DNA of 59,464 nt, filler included. It is 8 parts of 8 records of this genome, joined end to end, with 100 filler letters (N's around TTAATTAATTAA, not from the genome) between each part and the next. Parts side by side here need not be neighbours in the genome. Positions count along the whole stretch, not along the records: positions 39,597 to 44,901 come from SRR31147125_42016; positions 45,002 to 59,464 come from SRR31147125_42068; 6 more parts are not named here. One strand, 5' to 3'. The first letter of the stretch is position 1. Every line of letters starts with the position of its first letter. The position numbers were made by a program, and so were the translations under genes. Shown here piece after piece: positions 42,069 through 52,555 of the stretch. The notes below the pieces were generated by a model. That model worked only from the letters and a program-made list of their open reading frames with translations, did not search any database and was not told where the DNA came from.

Positions 42069-44901
42069 TTAAAATTTAATATTAGCACCAAATGAAACGG
42101 TGCGGTTTACTGGATAAGAGAAATTATCAACCCCTAACTGCTGTGGATTAGAGCCATTGCTACTCACCTGTGGGTTGGGTCCTGAATAGTTTGTAATTTT
42201 AAGTGCGTTTTGAACACTGCAATACAAACGTAGTCCTGAAATTACCTTTGTTTTACTTAGGATAGATTTAGGAATCTGATAACCAAGCGTAACATTTTTT
42301 ATCCAAATATGATTTCCACTTTCAATCCAAAGATTAGACGTATAATGCTGGCCAGGATAAAAAATGGCAGGAATCAGGCCAGCGCCATCATCATCCGGAG
42401 TCCATCTGTCAAGGAATTGTGTACTTACATTCCATCGTCCTTTTTCGTTATAAAGCACTTCATTCCCTTGCGGAAGAATGTCATATCCAAAAGCACCTGT
42501 CGCTAAAACTGAAAGTGAAAAATCTTTGTAATTAAAAACGTTATTAAAACCTAATTGCATCTTAGGGTGAGGATTTCCAAGAACATCCTTATCCGATCCA
42601 TCAATTTTTCCATCTCCGGTAATATCTCTGTATATATATGCTCCCAATTTCTTGGCATTAGGCCATGAATGCAACTCGGGGTCATCCAGTTGTTCCTGCG
42701 ATGTAAATATTCCATCAATTACGTATCCATACAGCGAACCAACAGCATACCCAACTTGTGTTACATTGTAATTTGCAGTAATTTTAGAAATTTCCTCGGG
42801 CATATAAGTTACTTCATTCTCTAAAAACGATAAACTTAAATTACCGCTCCATGAAAAATCATTAGAAGAAAGGTTTGCGCCGATTTCAACATCCCATCCC
42901 TTGTTTACCATTTCGCCAACATTGTCTCTGGTCGAACTAAAACCTGATGCATTAGGGATGGATACATTAAACAGCATATCTTCTGTAGTTTTTTGAAAAT
43001 AACCGGCACTTACAGTAACACGTTCATCAAATAAGCCAGCGTTAAAACCTACGTCTAATTGACGGCTGGTTTCCCACTTTAAATCTTGGTTTCCTAATGA
43101 AGTAAGTGTTTTCCCAACTACAACTCCATCGTTAAGTACATAGTTATAGTTATTAGATACATCACTTAAACTAGGTATTGAAACGAGCCTTCCAAAACGG
43201 TCGAAATCACCAATTGCTGAGTTACCAGTAATACCATAACTCGCTCTTAACTTCAATTCGCTCATTATAAAATCTTTCGGAAAAAAGTCCTCTTCTGACA
43301 CCCTCCATCCTAAAGATGTTGATGGAAAATTACCGTACTTATTATTCGCACCAAATTTTGAAGAACCTTCTCTTCGAAAATTCACTTCAACCAGATATTT
43401 GGCTTTATAGTCGTAATTTAATCGAACAAATGCAGCATTTAATGCCCAGTTCGAATAATCGCTAACCGATGCTGATGTTTCAGCAGCTTCGAGGTAATTG
43501 ATGTTATCATCTGTTGGAAATCCTGTTCCGCTAATCTGTGCGGTTTCTCCCGACTGTTTTTGTGCTGTATACCCTAATAAAGCACCAACGTGATGGTCTC
43601 CTAATGTTTTTGTATAAGTTAAAAGGTTATCAATTCCCCAGTTGGTTAAATTCCGGTACAAATTTGAGGCAGAATTCACATAAGGTGGTGCTCCCGGAGA
43701 AAGGTTGCTAGCATTTCCAACGGAATACTTTCCGATTGTTGAAGGTGTGAAAGTATTGTTCTCCTGATTGTAAAGCCTGGCATAAACCTGTGGTTTGTAA
43801 TGCAAACCCTCAATAATTTGGAGATCTAAACCAAAGGTTGCATTAAGGTCTTTACCAACACTTGTGTTCGTTTTTTCATATGCTTCGAAAAGTGGGTTAG
43901 GTCCTGCAAAATATCCCGGAGAATCAGCCGGAAGATAAGGTATTAGTTCTCCATTTTCGTCGTAAGGCGACTGAAGCGGGCTGGTAGTTACCGCTTTCAT
44001 AAAAATCCCCCTCGAGCCTTCTTCCGGTATTGAATTGCTCTCTGTACGTGCTACAGAGATACTCGCAGTAGATTTTAGCCACGTTGTAATCTCACTTTGA
44101 AAATTGGTTCGGAAAGAGAATCTTTCAAAATCGGTACTTGGTAATATTCCATTTTGCTTTTGATACCCTCCAGATACAACCGCTCTCAAACTCTCATTTC
44201 CGGTTTTAATGGTAAGGTTGTGGTTATGCAACATAGCATCCGTACCCTCTCTGAAAACATAATCTTGCCAGGTCGGTAAATTCTTGTATTCTTCAGGGTT
44301 TGCAAGGACATCGAGGTAAATCTGCGGAACAACGCTATTCGTACCACTGTACCAGTTTAATTCTTCCACACGTTCTTTATTGTATTGTGCATATTGTACT
44401 GCGTCTAGAACCGGCACTCTCCAATTATCAGGAAAATATTGAAATCCTTCAGAGACATTGTATTCAATTTCCATTTTCGATCGGTCGGCATTAATGGTTT
44501 CAATCAAAATAACTCCATTTGACCCTCTCGCTCCATAAATCGATGTTGATGCTGCATCTTTTAATACCGTCATCTGTTCAATGTCGTTTGGATTTAAACT
44601 TTGTGGCATTGAATTTCCCACAGGAAAACCATCGATAACAATTAAAGGACCAGTTCCGGCATTAATAGAGCTAAGCCCATGAATTGAAATGCGAGGAGAT
44701 TCGCCCGGAGTACCATTGTTGTCTGTAACTGAAACACCAGATGCCCTACCCTGTAATATTTGTCCAGAAGAGCTTACCGGCATATCTCTAACTCCTTCCA
44801 TATCTACTTTGGAGATGGCAGAAGTAATTTTCTTTTTACTTTGGGTACCATACCCAATGGCAACTACCTCTTCTAAACCAATAACATCGCTTTCTAAAGT
44901 A
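42069..44901 (-). CDS. SusC/RagA TonB-dependent receptor (5' truncated)
   Basis: LEEVVAIGYG, PLIVIDG, VLKDAASTSIYGARGSNGVILI, LKWETS, C-terminal GANIKF. Confidence 0.95.
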
Positions 44902-45001
44902 NNNNNNNNNNNNNNNNNNNNNNNNNNNNNNNNNNNNNNNNNNNNTTAATTAATTAANNNNNNNNNNNNNNNNNNNNNNNNNNNNNNNNNNNNNNNNNNN
45001 N
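44902..45001. other. Artificial contig-joining linker
   Basis: 44N-TTAATTAATTAA-44N. Confidence 0.97.
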
Positions 45002-45706
45002 TTTTTAGGACAGGTCGAAAACGAAGAAATCGCTCCTGAAAAAATTGAACTGGTTGCAGCAGGAATGATAAATATTGTAAATAATGATACGGTAAATGTA
45101 AATGAAATATTGACTCTTTTCGATGTGGATCTTGATTCTTCATTTGTAAATACAAAAGAACTGGATACCATCCCACCTGAATTAGAGCACAAGGGTACTC
45201 CAAAACCTCCAGTTCAATATCGACCTTATCCCAAACCCTGGACAGACGATGATTATCAAAAAATCGGAACAAGGTTAAAGCATATCCAGAATTTTCAGAG
45301 TGAAATGGCTCGATCAATAGATCCTAAAGAATTAAAAAAACGCTATTTTGTCGTGGCAGACAGTGGTCTGCAAATCATTATTGATGATAAAATAAGGGAA
45401 TCGATTAAAAAAAACAGAAAGCATAATCTCGAACGCCAAATTGCAGAGCTGGAGCGCAACCATCTCATCGATTTTCGCTTTGATTATGAAAACATGAAAT
45501 ATTTTCATATGGCTGAAAGAGATTCTCTGCTTCATATACAATTAGAACAGCTTGAAAAGAATTTATCAAGGATGCTTAAAAATATGGAAGAAAATAATGG
45601 ATGGTTTGAATCTCTGACTTCTGCCCAACAGGATTCCATTAAAAATATCATTAAAAAAGAATCAAAAATGCTGAAATCATATAAATCAAAGCATCGGAAG
45701 CAGTAA
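45002..45706 (+). CDS. Hypothetical protein, C-terminal fragment (coiled-coil rich)
   Basis: The frame is open from the contig edge to the stop at 45706; no recognisable motif. Confidence 0.55.
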   Translation, partial: FLGQVENEEIAPEKIELVAAGMINIVNNDTVNVNEILTLFDVDLDSSFVNTKELDTIPPELEHKGTPKPPVQYRPYPKPWTDDDYQKIGTRLKHIQNFQSEMARSIDPKELKKRYFVVADSGLQIIIDDKIRESIKKNRKHNLERQIAELERNHLIDFRFDYENMKYFHMAERDSLLHIQLEQLEKNLSRMLKNMEENNGWFESLTSAQQDSIKNIIKKESKMLKSYKSKHRKQ

Positions 45707-45783
45707 AATATCGTGCTCTTTTCTGCCTTCTTAATTATATATCAAGGTTTATTTTATCTCTCTATATAAATAAAGAGATAACT

Positions 45784-48314
45784 TTATAATCTACCTGCCA
45801 GAACAACCGTTTTTACTAATTTTTCAATTGTTTTCCTTGTATGGTTCAAGGCTTCAACACAAATAATATATATACCAATCCGGCATTTTTGTCCACTATC
45901 ATTTTTTCCATCCCAAATAATGGTTCGCTTGGCGCCGCTGTCTTCATTGTTAACCAAATATCTCACAAGTCTTCCATTTATATCATATATTTTAATATTA
46001 ACAGAAGCCGTTTTAGCTGGCAATATATAAGAAATACAAACGTTATCGTCAAATCCATCATAATCAGGGGAAAAAGGATCAGGACAAACACTCAGTGAAG
46101 CAATATGTGGTAAAAGATCGATATAAACACTATTTTTAGTACCACATGTATGACCCTTTGGATCAACACAGGTTGTCCAGTTACTAATATCATGTGAAGA
46201 TACATTAGGTTGAATTCTTTCCAGAGAATAGCCTTTATTACCACCCCACTCACTGTTATATTTAACTAAATCATTAATTCTGCCATTCCCATCCATTAAA
46301 ACCAATTGATCACTCGTGTTTAACAGAGCTTTCATATTTCTGTTTATCAGAAAATCTTTTGCGTCATAGGGCATCTGCTCCAAAACGGATGAATCTCTTG
46401 CTAAAACAAAAAAAGAACCTGGTTCCAGCACCTTTGAAGAATCTGACAAAACAATATAATTTAGAGTATCCTTTTTAGAAAAACGCCAATCCATTAATTC
46501 GACATCCAAAGGACCGGGATTATAACACTCGATCCATTCACTATAATCCGGGATCGGACTGTACATAATTTCATTAATAACCAAACTATTATAAGGATAA
46601 CTTGTTGAAATGTGCTTAGTAATACTATTGTTTGACAACAACTGATCACCCGGGCAAAATACGGTCGCTAACAAATAATAGACACCTGGTTGAAGGGCAT
46701 TATATTCAGAAGAAACATTAACTATTTCATTAGAATTTATACTTCCTATTAAAACAGTATCTATGAGGCTGGTAAAAAGATCTGTACTAACAGATTGCAG
46801 TGCAAAAACAACAAAAACATCTTTTACATCTTGCCGGCCGACATTTTCTATTTCTACAAATGCCAAAATGTGATCCGAATAACTGGGCTTTTCAGGAGTA
46901 ATACCGAGTGATCCTGTAACACAGGCAACATCACATATTTTTGGTCTTTTACAATTTTCCCTTCCCGGTGTACTTCCTGTTGAATCGCAGCTGGAGCCCC
47001 AGTTAAACATCTCTATTGAAGGTTCATTAAAGCGGATTCGTTCAAGAGAGTTAAATCGTGTTCCACCCCAATCACTGACAAAGAACACACTATCGATGAT
47101 TGTACCACTAGCATCCATTATAACTATTTCATCACCGCTGTTATTTAATTCCGGAAGTTTCCCGTTCACGATATTAATGGCAGACGCTGGAACCTTTATG
47201 GAATCATGGCTAATAACACAATAGTGACCAGGTTCAATACATATATTCTCCCGAGTGATATATGTACTCGTTTTTTTATCACGAATCGACCAGTCACATA
47301 AAGTTACTTTATAACTCCAATCATTATAAAGTTCGATCCATTCCTGTTTTTTATTGTCGGTATCATACATAATTTCGTTTATGATCACCGCTTCCCTTTT
47401 GTAACTTTTACGAATTATTAAAGAAACAGAATTGTTTGACAGATTCTGATCATTATCAAATTTGAGATAGGCCTTAATATCATTGTATTTATTTTCATTA
47501 TCGATAAAAGCAATATTAATGAGTGTAGAATCCAACCATTGTAATGGCAAAACAGGTACGATGGAATTTTCTATAAGCTCATTTATACCAGGTAGATTAT
47601 CACCATCCACATCATTGAACAGGAACGCCGTTGAATTTGTCGTTAAACAGAACCCCAGGTTCTGAACCCAAATCGATATATAGTTATTATCAGTTGGACT
47701 GGAATAGGGTGGATAAATAATTATGTCTTTTTGCATAAATGCCAGGTCATATTTCAGGGGAGTAGTGGAGTTAAGAAATCCAGGAGTGCCGCCTGGAACC
47801 GTTGAGTTAGCCCAATTCTTTAGTGTATTCTCCCGAGCCAAAATCTTTTTTCTTCAGAGTAACCATCCGGATTAGGAACAGAATACATCCAGGATGATAC
47901 GACCATAGTGTCTGGGGTATATATAGAGACAGTTTCTGAACGGCTATTTGAGAATCCTCTCAGGCCAAAAGAGGCTTCATCCACGCAAAGTTGCAAAGCA
48001 TCCGCAGGAATATCGTTATCATACAATAGACTTGTGTCATAATACTTCTTGACAAAAACAACTGCATATTGTTGTGGCAGTAGTGATGTTCCCCGGGTAT
48101 GCTCCTGGATAGAATTATATTTATCCCCATCACTAATAAGCCAATTCTCCAGATTAACAGTATCCTCATGACTGAGATTATAGAGTTCCACAAATTCATT
48201 GTAGCTATCATTGCCCTCAGGATTAAACATAATTTCTGAAAGGACTATTTGGGATAGGCTATTTTGAATGTATAGTAATAGAATAATAACAGATAGGTGA
48301 AAAGCTGTCCCCAT
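45784..48314 (-). CDS. Secreted lamin-tail-domain repeat protein with CARDB-like and C-terminal FlgD-Ig-like domain (1-nt frameshift at about 47846-47851)
   Basis: Three LTD motifs (IVLSEIMFNP...EFVELYN; IINEIMY...EWIELYN; VINEIMY...EWIECYN) each ending in GTPG/STPG-like; C-terminal PDPFSPD...IYDINGRLVR...WDGKND. One added A gives SEEKKILAREN. Confidence 0.82.
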
Positions 48315-48362
48315 GATATACCCCCATATATCTTATAATGACTTTTTGAATGTTACCTCATC

Positions 48363-49766
48363 TTAATTTTTTTGTTTATCCTTGAGATCATGGTCTTTAT
48401 TTTTAGGATCTTTTAGTGAGTCAAGAATCAGATCCCTAATTGTTTTATCGGCGAGGCTGACGGAAACAGCATTTTGCATACTCTTCTGCATATTTGCAAC
48501 TAGATGACTGTAGGGTTGTCTGCCTTCAGTTGTTTTCCTATTTATACCATGTGTACGTATTTTGTCAATCACATCAAATACGTACATATTTTCCATACTT
48601 TTAGCAGGAATGAATCTTTCCACCTCACCGTCTACAACAACAATCAGGTTCAAATCACTTAGGTCTGCTAACAATTCATTCACAAACCGCTCAGGTAGTA
48701 ATAATATATCGGCAAGCTCGGAACTTGACGGCGCTTTTTCTCCTAAAATATATTTTCGTCCACATATCAGTAATGACTTTAAAAAAAGTTCTTCTTTGTA
48801 TTGCTGGCTGTATCTATTTTCCTTTTCTTCCCAGGTTAAATCCTGTATATTCTGATCCGCATAGGATATTTCAGCACCCAGTAAGACAATAGCCCAACTA
48901 ATATACAACCAAATAAGAAACAACGGAAGGGTTGCAAAGCTTGCATACAAGGCGGCTTTTGCTCCTGTTTGATAAGACGTAACAATAAAATGAGCAAAAA
49001 ACCAGTTTGACACCTGCCATAGAGAACCAGCCAGAATCGAGCCTTTTAATCCTGATTTTATTTTAATCTTTGTGTTTGGTACAAAAGTGAGTAAAAAGTA
49101 AAATGCGATCCATGTGGTAAAAAGAGGAGCCGATTGATTCATAAGAAAGCTCAGGACTCTATTTTGGGTGATAAATTGAAAAAGCGCCGAGCTTTGAAGA
49201 GAAGCGGTCAATCCGAGAATAGCAAATAATAAAACAGGTCCGATCAATAAAACACTTATATAATCACTAAATCGCCTTCTAAAACTACGTACTTTTTTTA
49301 TCTTCCATATATCATTAAAAGCACGTTCTATATTATTGATAATAGAAAGGACTGAAACCAATAACAAAATCAATCCGGCAGCCCCTAATGCTCCGACATT
49401 AACGTTTCCAACAAATTCTACAATATTTGGAATAATGACGCGCTTTGCCTGCTCCCCGAGCGGCTCAAATACACCTGTTAAAAAACTCTCCAGTTTATTA
49501 TGAAAGCCAAAACCTTTTAACAGTGAAAACATAACTGCAAGCAAAGGGACAATAGACAAAAGCGTTGCATAAACAAGCGCCGAAGCTCTTACCAGAAGAC
49601 GATCCTGCACAAATGTTCTGATGACAATATAGCTTAATTTAACCTGGTGGTATAGGATAGCACGTATTCGAGGTAATGAAGAAAAATCAATCCCCCATAG
49701 ATCTTTCTTTAAAAAATTGTGTACATTAGCGTTAAATTCATTAATTCTTTTAAGGATTGTATTCAT
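48363..49766 (-). CDS. YihY/BrkB (virulence factor BrkB family) membrane protein with C-terminal wHTH-like region
   Basis: RASALVYATLLSIVP, IERAFNDIW, LYASFATLPLFLIWLYISWAIVLLGAE. Confidence 0.88.
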   Translation of the reverse strand: MNTILKRINEFNANVHNFLKKDLWGIDFSSLPRIRAILYHQVKLSYIVIRTFVQDRLLVRASALVYATLLSIVPLLAVMFSLLKGFGFHNKLESFLTGVFEPLGEQAKRVIIPNIVEFVGNVNVGALGAAGLILLLVSVLSIINNIERAFNDIWKIKKVRSFRRRFSDYISVLLIGPVLLFAILGLTASLQSSALFQFITQNRVLSFLMNQSAPLFTTWIAFYFLLTFVPNTKIKIKSGLKGSILAGSLWQVSNWFFAHFIVTSYQTGAKAALYASFATLPLFLIWLYISWAIVLLGAEISYADQNIQDLTWEEKENRYSQQYKEELFLKSLLICGRKYILGEKAPSSSELADILLLPERFVNELLADLSDLNLIVVVDGEVERFIPAKSMENMYVFDVIDKIRTHGINRKTTEGRQPYSHLVANMQKSMQNAVSVSLADKTIRDLILDSLKDPKNKDHDLKDKQKN

Positions 49767-49846
49767 ATCAAACCAGAATACAGTTTTATGTAAAATTCAC
49801 TTACATTAATTAACGTGATATAATAAAGATTACAACCTTAACCTAA

Positions 49847-51124
49847 TCAAGAACAAAAAATAGTTTCCTTGCGATCAGAACCTACAGAGACAATATCAAT
49901 AGAAGTGTCAGCCAATTCACTCATTCTGCTCAAGTATTTTTTAGCATTCTCGGGTAAATCATCATAATTTTTCACGCCCGTGGTACATTTTTGCCATCCG
50001 GGATGAGATTCATATACAGGCTCTGCATTTTCCTGTATCCACGGCTCGGCCGGGAAATGATTAATAATTTTATCCTCGTACTTGTAAGCTGTACATATTT
50101 TTATTTCTTCAAGTGTATCCAAAACATCCAATTTTGTTATAACCAAACTTGTCAGGCCATTTACCTGGACTGCATGTCTGGCAATCACCGCATCGAACCA
50201 GCCACATCGTCTTGGCCGACCGGTTGTCGCACCATATTCCCCGCCAAGTTTTCTTACCTTTTCGGAGAAATCCACATCAAATTCTGTTGGAAAAGGACCC
50301 ATTCCAACCCTGGTTGTATAAGCTTTAACAATACCAATAACATTATCAATTTTAGTGGGCCCGATTCCCAAACCAACACAAGCGCCACCGGCAATTGGAT
50401 TTGATGATGTGACAAAAGGATAAGTGCCAAAATCGATATCCAGTAACGTTCCCTGGGCACCTTCTAGTAACAGATTTTTCCCATCATTGATGGCATCGTT
50501 CAGGTATACGGAAATATCAGTCACATATTCGTCTATTAATTTATCAAATTCAATATAGTCACTGATTATTTTTTCAGTCTCTATTTTCTCTTTTTTATAA
50601 ATATGATGTAAAACTTTGTTTTTGGCATTTATATTGTTCAAAAGTTTCTCACGTAGAGTGGTGCTATCCAATAGATCGACGATACGGATCCCTGTACGAT
50701 CATATTTATCAACATAGGCAGGTCCAATGCCCCGTCCTGTTGTGCCTATTTTCACAACATCCTTATCATTTTCTTTTGACGCATCAAGCATTTTATGATA
50801 AGGCATGATTAATTGAGCCCGATGACTAATGAGTAATCGTCCGGTAACATCAATCCCCTTTCCTTTTAGCAGCTCAATTTCTTCTAAAAGAACAACAGGG
50901 TCAATAACCACACCATTACCAATAACACAAAGAGCATGAGGGCGAAGTATACCTGAAGGAATCTGGTGTAAAATTATTTCTTCTTTATCGATAACCACAG
51001 TATGTCCGGCATTTGGACCACCCTGGTATCTGGCAACAATATCAACATTTTCACTTAAAATGTCTACTATTTTCCCCTTGCCTTCATCACCCCATTGGGC
51101 ACCAACAATAATTGTAACAGCCAT
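49847..51124 (-). CDS. purA: Adenylosuccinate synthetase
   Basis: GAQWGDEGKGK, GGPNAGHT, GTTGRGIGPAY, EGAQG, GATTGRPRRCGW. Confidence 0.98.
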   Translation of the reverse strand: MAVTIIVGAQWGDEGKGKIVDILSENVDIVARYQGGPNAGHTVVIDKEEIILHQIPSGILRPHALCVIGNGVVIDPVVLLEEIELLKGKGIDVTGRLLISHRAQLIMPYHKMLDASKENDKDVVKIGTTGRGIGPAYVDKYDRTGIRIVDLLDSTTLREKLLNNINAKNKVLHHIYKKEKIETEKIISDYIEFDKLIDEYVTDISVYLNDAINDGKNLLLEGAQGTLLDIDFGTYPFVTSSNPIAGGACVGLGIGPTKIDNVIGIVKAYTTRVGMGPFPTEFDVDFSEKVRKLGGEYGATTGRPRRCGWFDAVIARHAVQVNGLTSLVITKLDVLDTLEEIKICTAYKYEDKIINHFPAEPWIQENAEPVYESHPGWQKCTTGVKNYDDLPENAKKYLSRMSELADTSIDIVSVGSDRKETIFCS

Positions 51125-51141
51125 ATCTCACCCTATTCAAT

Positions 51142-51170
51142 AAAAAACTCCGAACCAGTAAGGTTCGGAG
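51142..51170 (-). terminator. Terminator-like hairpin between STAS gene and purA
   Basis: Minus strand CTCCGAACC-TTACT-GGTTCGGAG-TTTTTT. Confidence 0.65.
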
Positions 51171-51198
51171 AAAAAATCATTTTTACCAAAATATATAT

Positions 51199-51543
51199 TT
51201 ATTTAATATTAAATTTTTCTACAGCAAGTTCAATGCTATCGCATGTTTCAAATACATTTAAAAGTTTCGTAATAGTTAATAAACTTTTAATCCGTTCTGT
51301 AATAGCAGCGAGTTTTAAATCCCCACCTGTATTACGTATAGTTGTTAAAGCACCAATCAGTATGCCCAAACCTGAACTGTTCATCCAATCTACTTTTGAT
51401 AAATCAGCAACCACTTTATTACGTCCAGATTCGACCAGCTCGTGGAGCTTGTCATTGAACAGCGTGGCATCCGGGCCGCCCATAATTTTCCCGGTTAAAT
51501 GTAATACAATAATTCCATCTTTTTCGGTTTGTTCTAACTTCAT
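51199..51543 (-). CDS. STAS-domain anti-sigma factor antagonist
   Basis: DLSKVDWMNSSGLG phosphoserine motif, GGDLKLA, LLTITKL. Confidence 0.9.
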   Translation of the reverse strand: MKLEQTEKDGIIVLHLTGKIMGGPDATLFNDKLHELVESGRNKVVADLSKVDWMNSSGLGILIGALTTIRNTGGDLKLAAITERIKSLLTITKLLNVFETCDSIELAVEKFNIK

Positions 51544-51573
51544 GCTTGTTCTCCGGAGGAATAAAACTCCTCA

Positions 51574-52503
51574 TTATCTCGTTCGTAATACAGCTTTTTT
51601 TCCATTTTTAGCGGTTACTCTTTTTTGCCATTCAAGTACAATCGGACTGGCAACATAGATAGAAGAATAAGTACCAATGAGAACTCCAACCAGCAAGGCA
51701 AATGAGAAATTATGTATAACTTCACCACCAGCAAAAAACAATACGAGCACAACCATTAATGTGGTACAAGAGGTAATAATTGTACGACTTAGTGTCTGGT
51801 TGACACTTTTGTTTATAACAGTAAACAAGGAATCTCTACGCATTATTTTAAGATTTTCCCTGATTCTGTCATACACAACAATAGTATCATTAAGAGAATA
51901 TCCCACAATTGTTAGAAAAGCAGCAATAACAACAAGGCTGATCTCATAGCCTAACATTGAAAATATACCGAGAGTGATAATGACATCATGGAACAAGGCT
52001 GCAACAGCACCGACAGCGAACTTGAATTCAAATCTCCAGCTGATATAGATCAGGATACCCAATAATGAGATCAATACAGCATAGATAGCAGCAGATCTTA
52101 ACTCACCACCGATCTTGGGGCCAATTTCTGTCACGGCCCGAACATCGTATTGATTGTCGGGATAATCCTTGGTTAATTTTTCTTCAATAATTTGAGCAAC
52201 ATTCGCACCTTCAATCATCTGTTCAACACGAATAATAAACTCGTTATCTTCCTGATAGCCAATCTGTTTTATTTCGGCTTTTCCGAAACCAACTTCACTC
52301 AGAGAACCTCGTAAATCTCCGGCTGTCACAGGTACATGAAATTTTAATTGTAAAGAAGTACCACCCGTAAAATCGATTCCATAATTTGGACCGCCCTTAA
52401 TAATAAGAGAAACCAATCCCAAAAGGATAAGTACGGACGAGAAAATGGCGGCGTATTTTCTCTGACCGAGAATATTTATGTTTGTTTCACGAAAAAGCTG
52501 CAT
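51574..52503 (-). CDS. secF: Protein translocase subunit SecF
   Basis: GIDFTGG, IGPKIG, HDV, GYSLNDTIVVYDRIRE, GTYSSIYVA. Confidence 0.97.
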   Translation of the reverse strand: MQLFRETNINILGQRKYAAIFSSVLILLGLVSLIIKGGPNYGIDFTGGTSLQLKFHVPVTAGDLRGSLSEVGFGKAEIKQIGYQEDNEFIIRVEQMIEGANVAQIIEEKLTKDYPDNQYDVRAVTEIGPKIGGELRSAAIYAVLISLLGILIYISWRFEFKFAVGAVAALFHDVIITLGIFSMLGYEISLVVIAAFLTIVGYSLNDTIVVYDRIRENLKIMRRDSLFTVINKSVNQTLSRTIITSCTTLMVVLVLFFAGGEVIHNFSFALLVGVLIGTYSSIYVASPIVLEWQKRVTAKNGKKAVLRTR

Positions 52504-52555
52504 GTTTGCTTTATCTCCTAAGGCGTTGAAATAATATTTTATTCAGGCGCGTATG

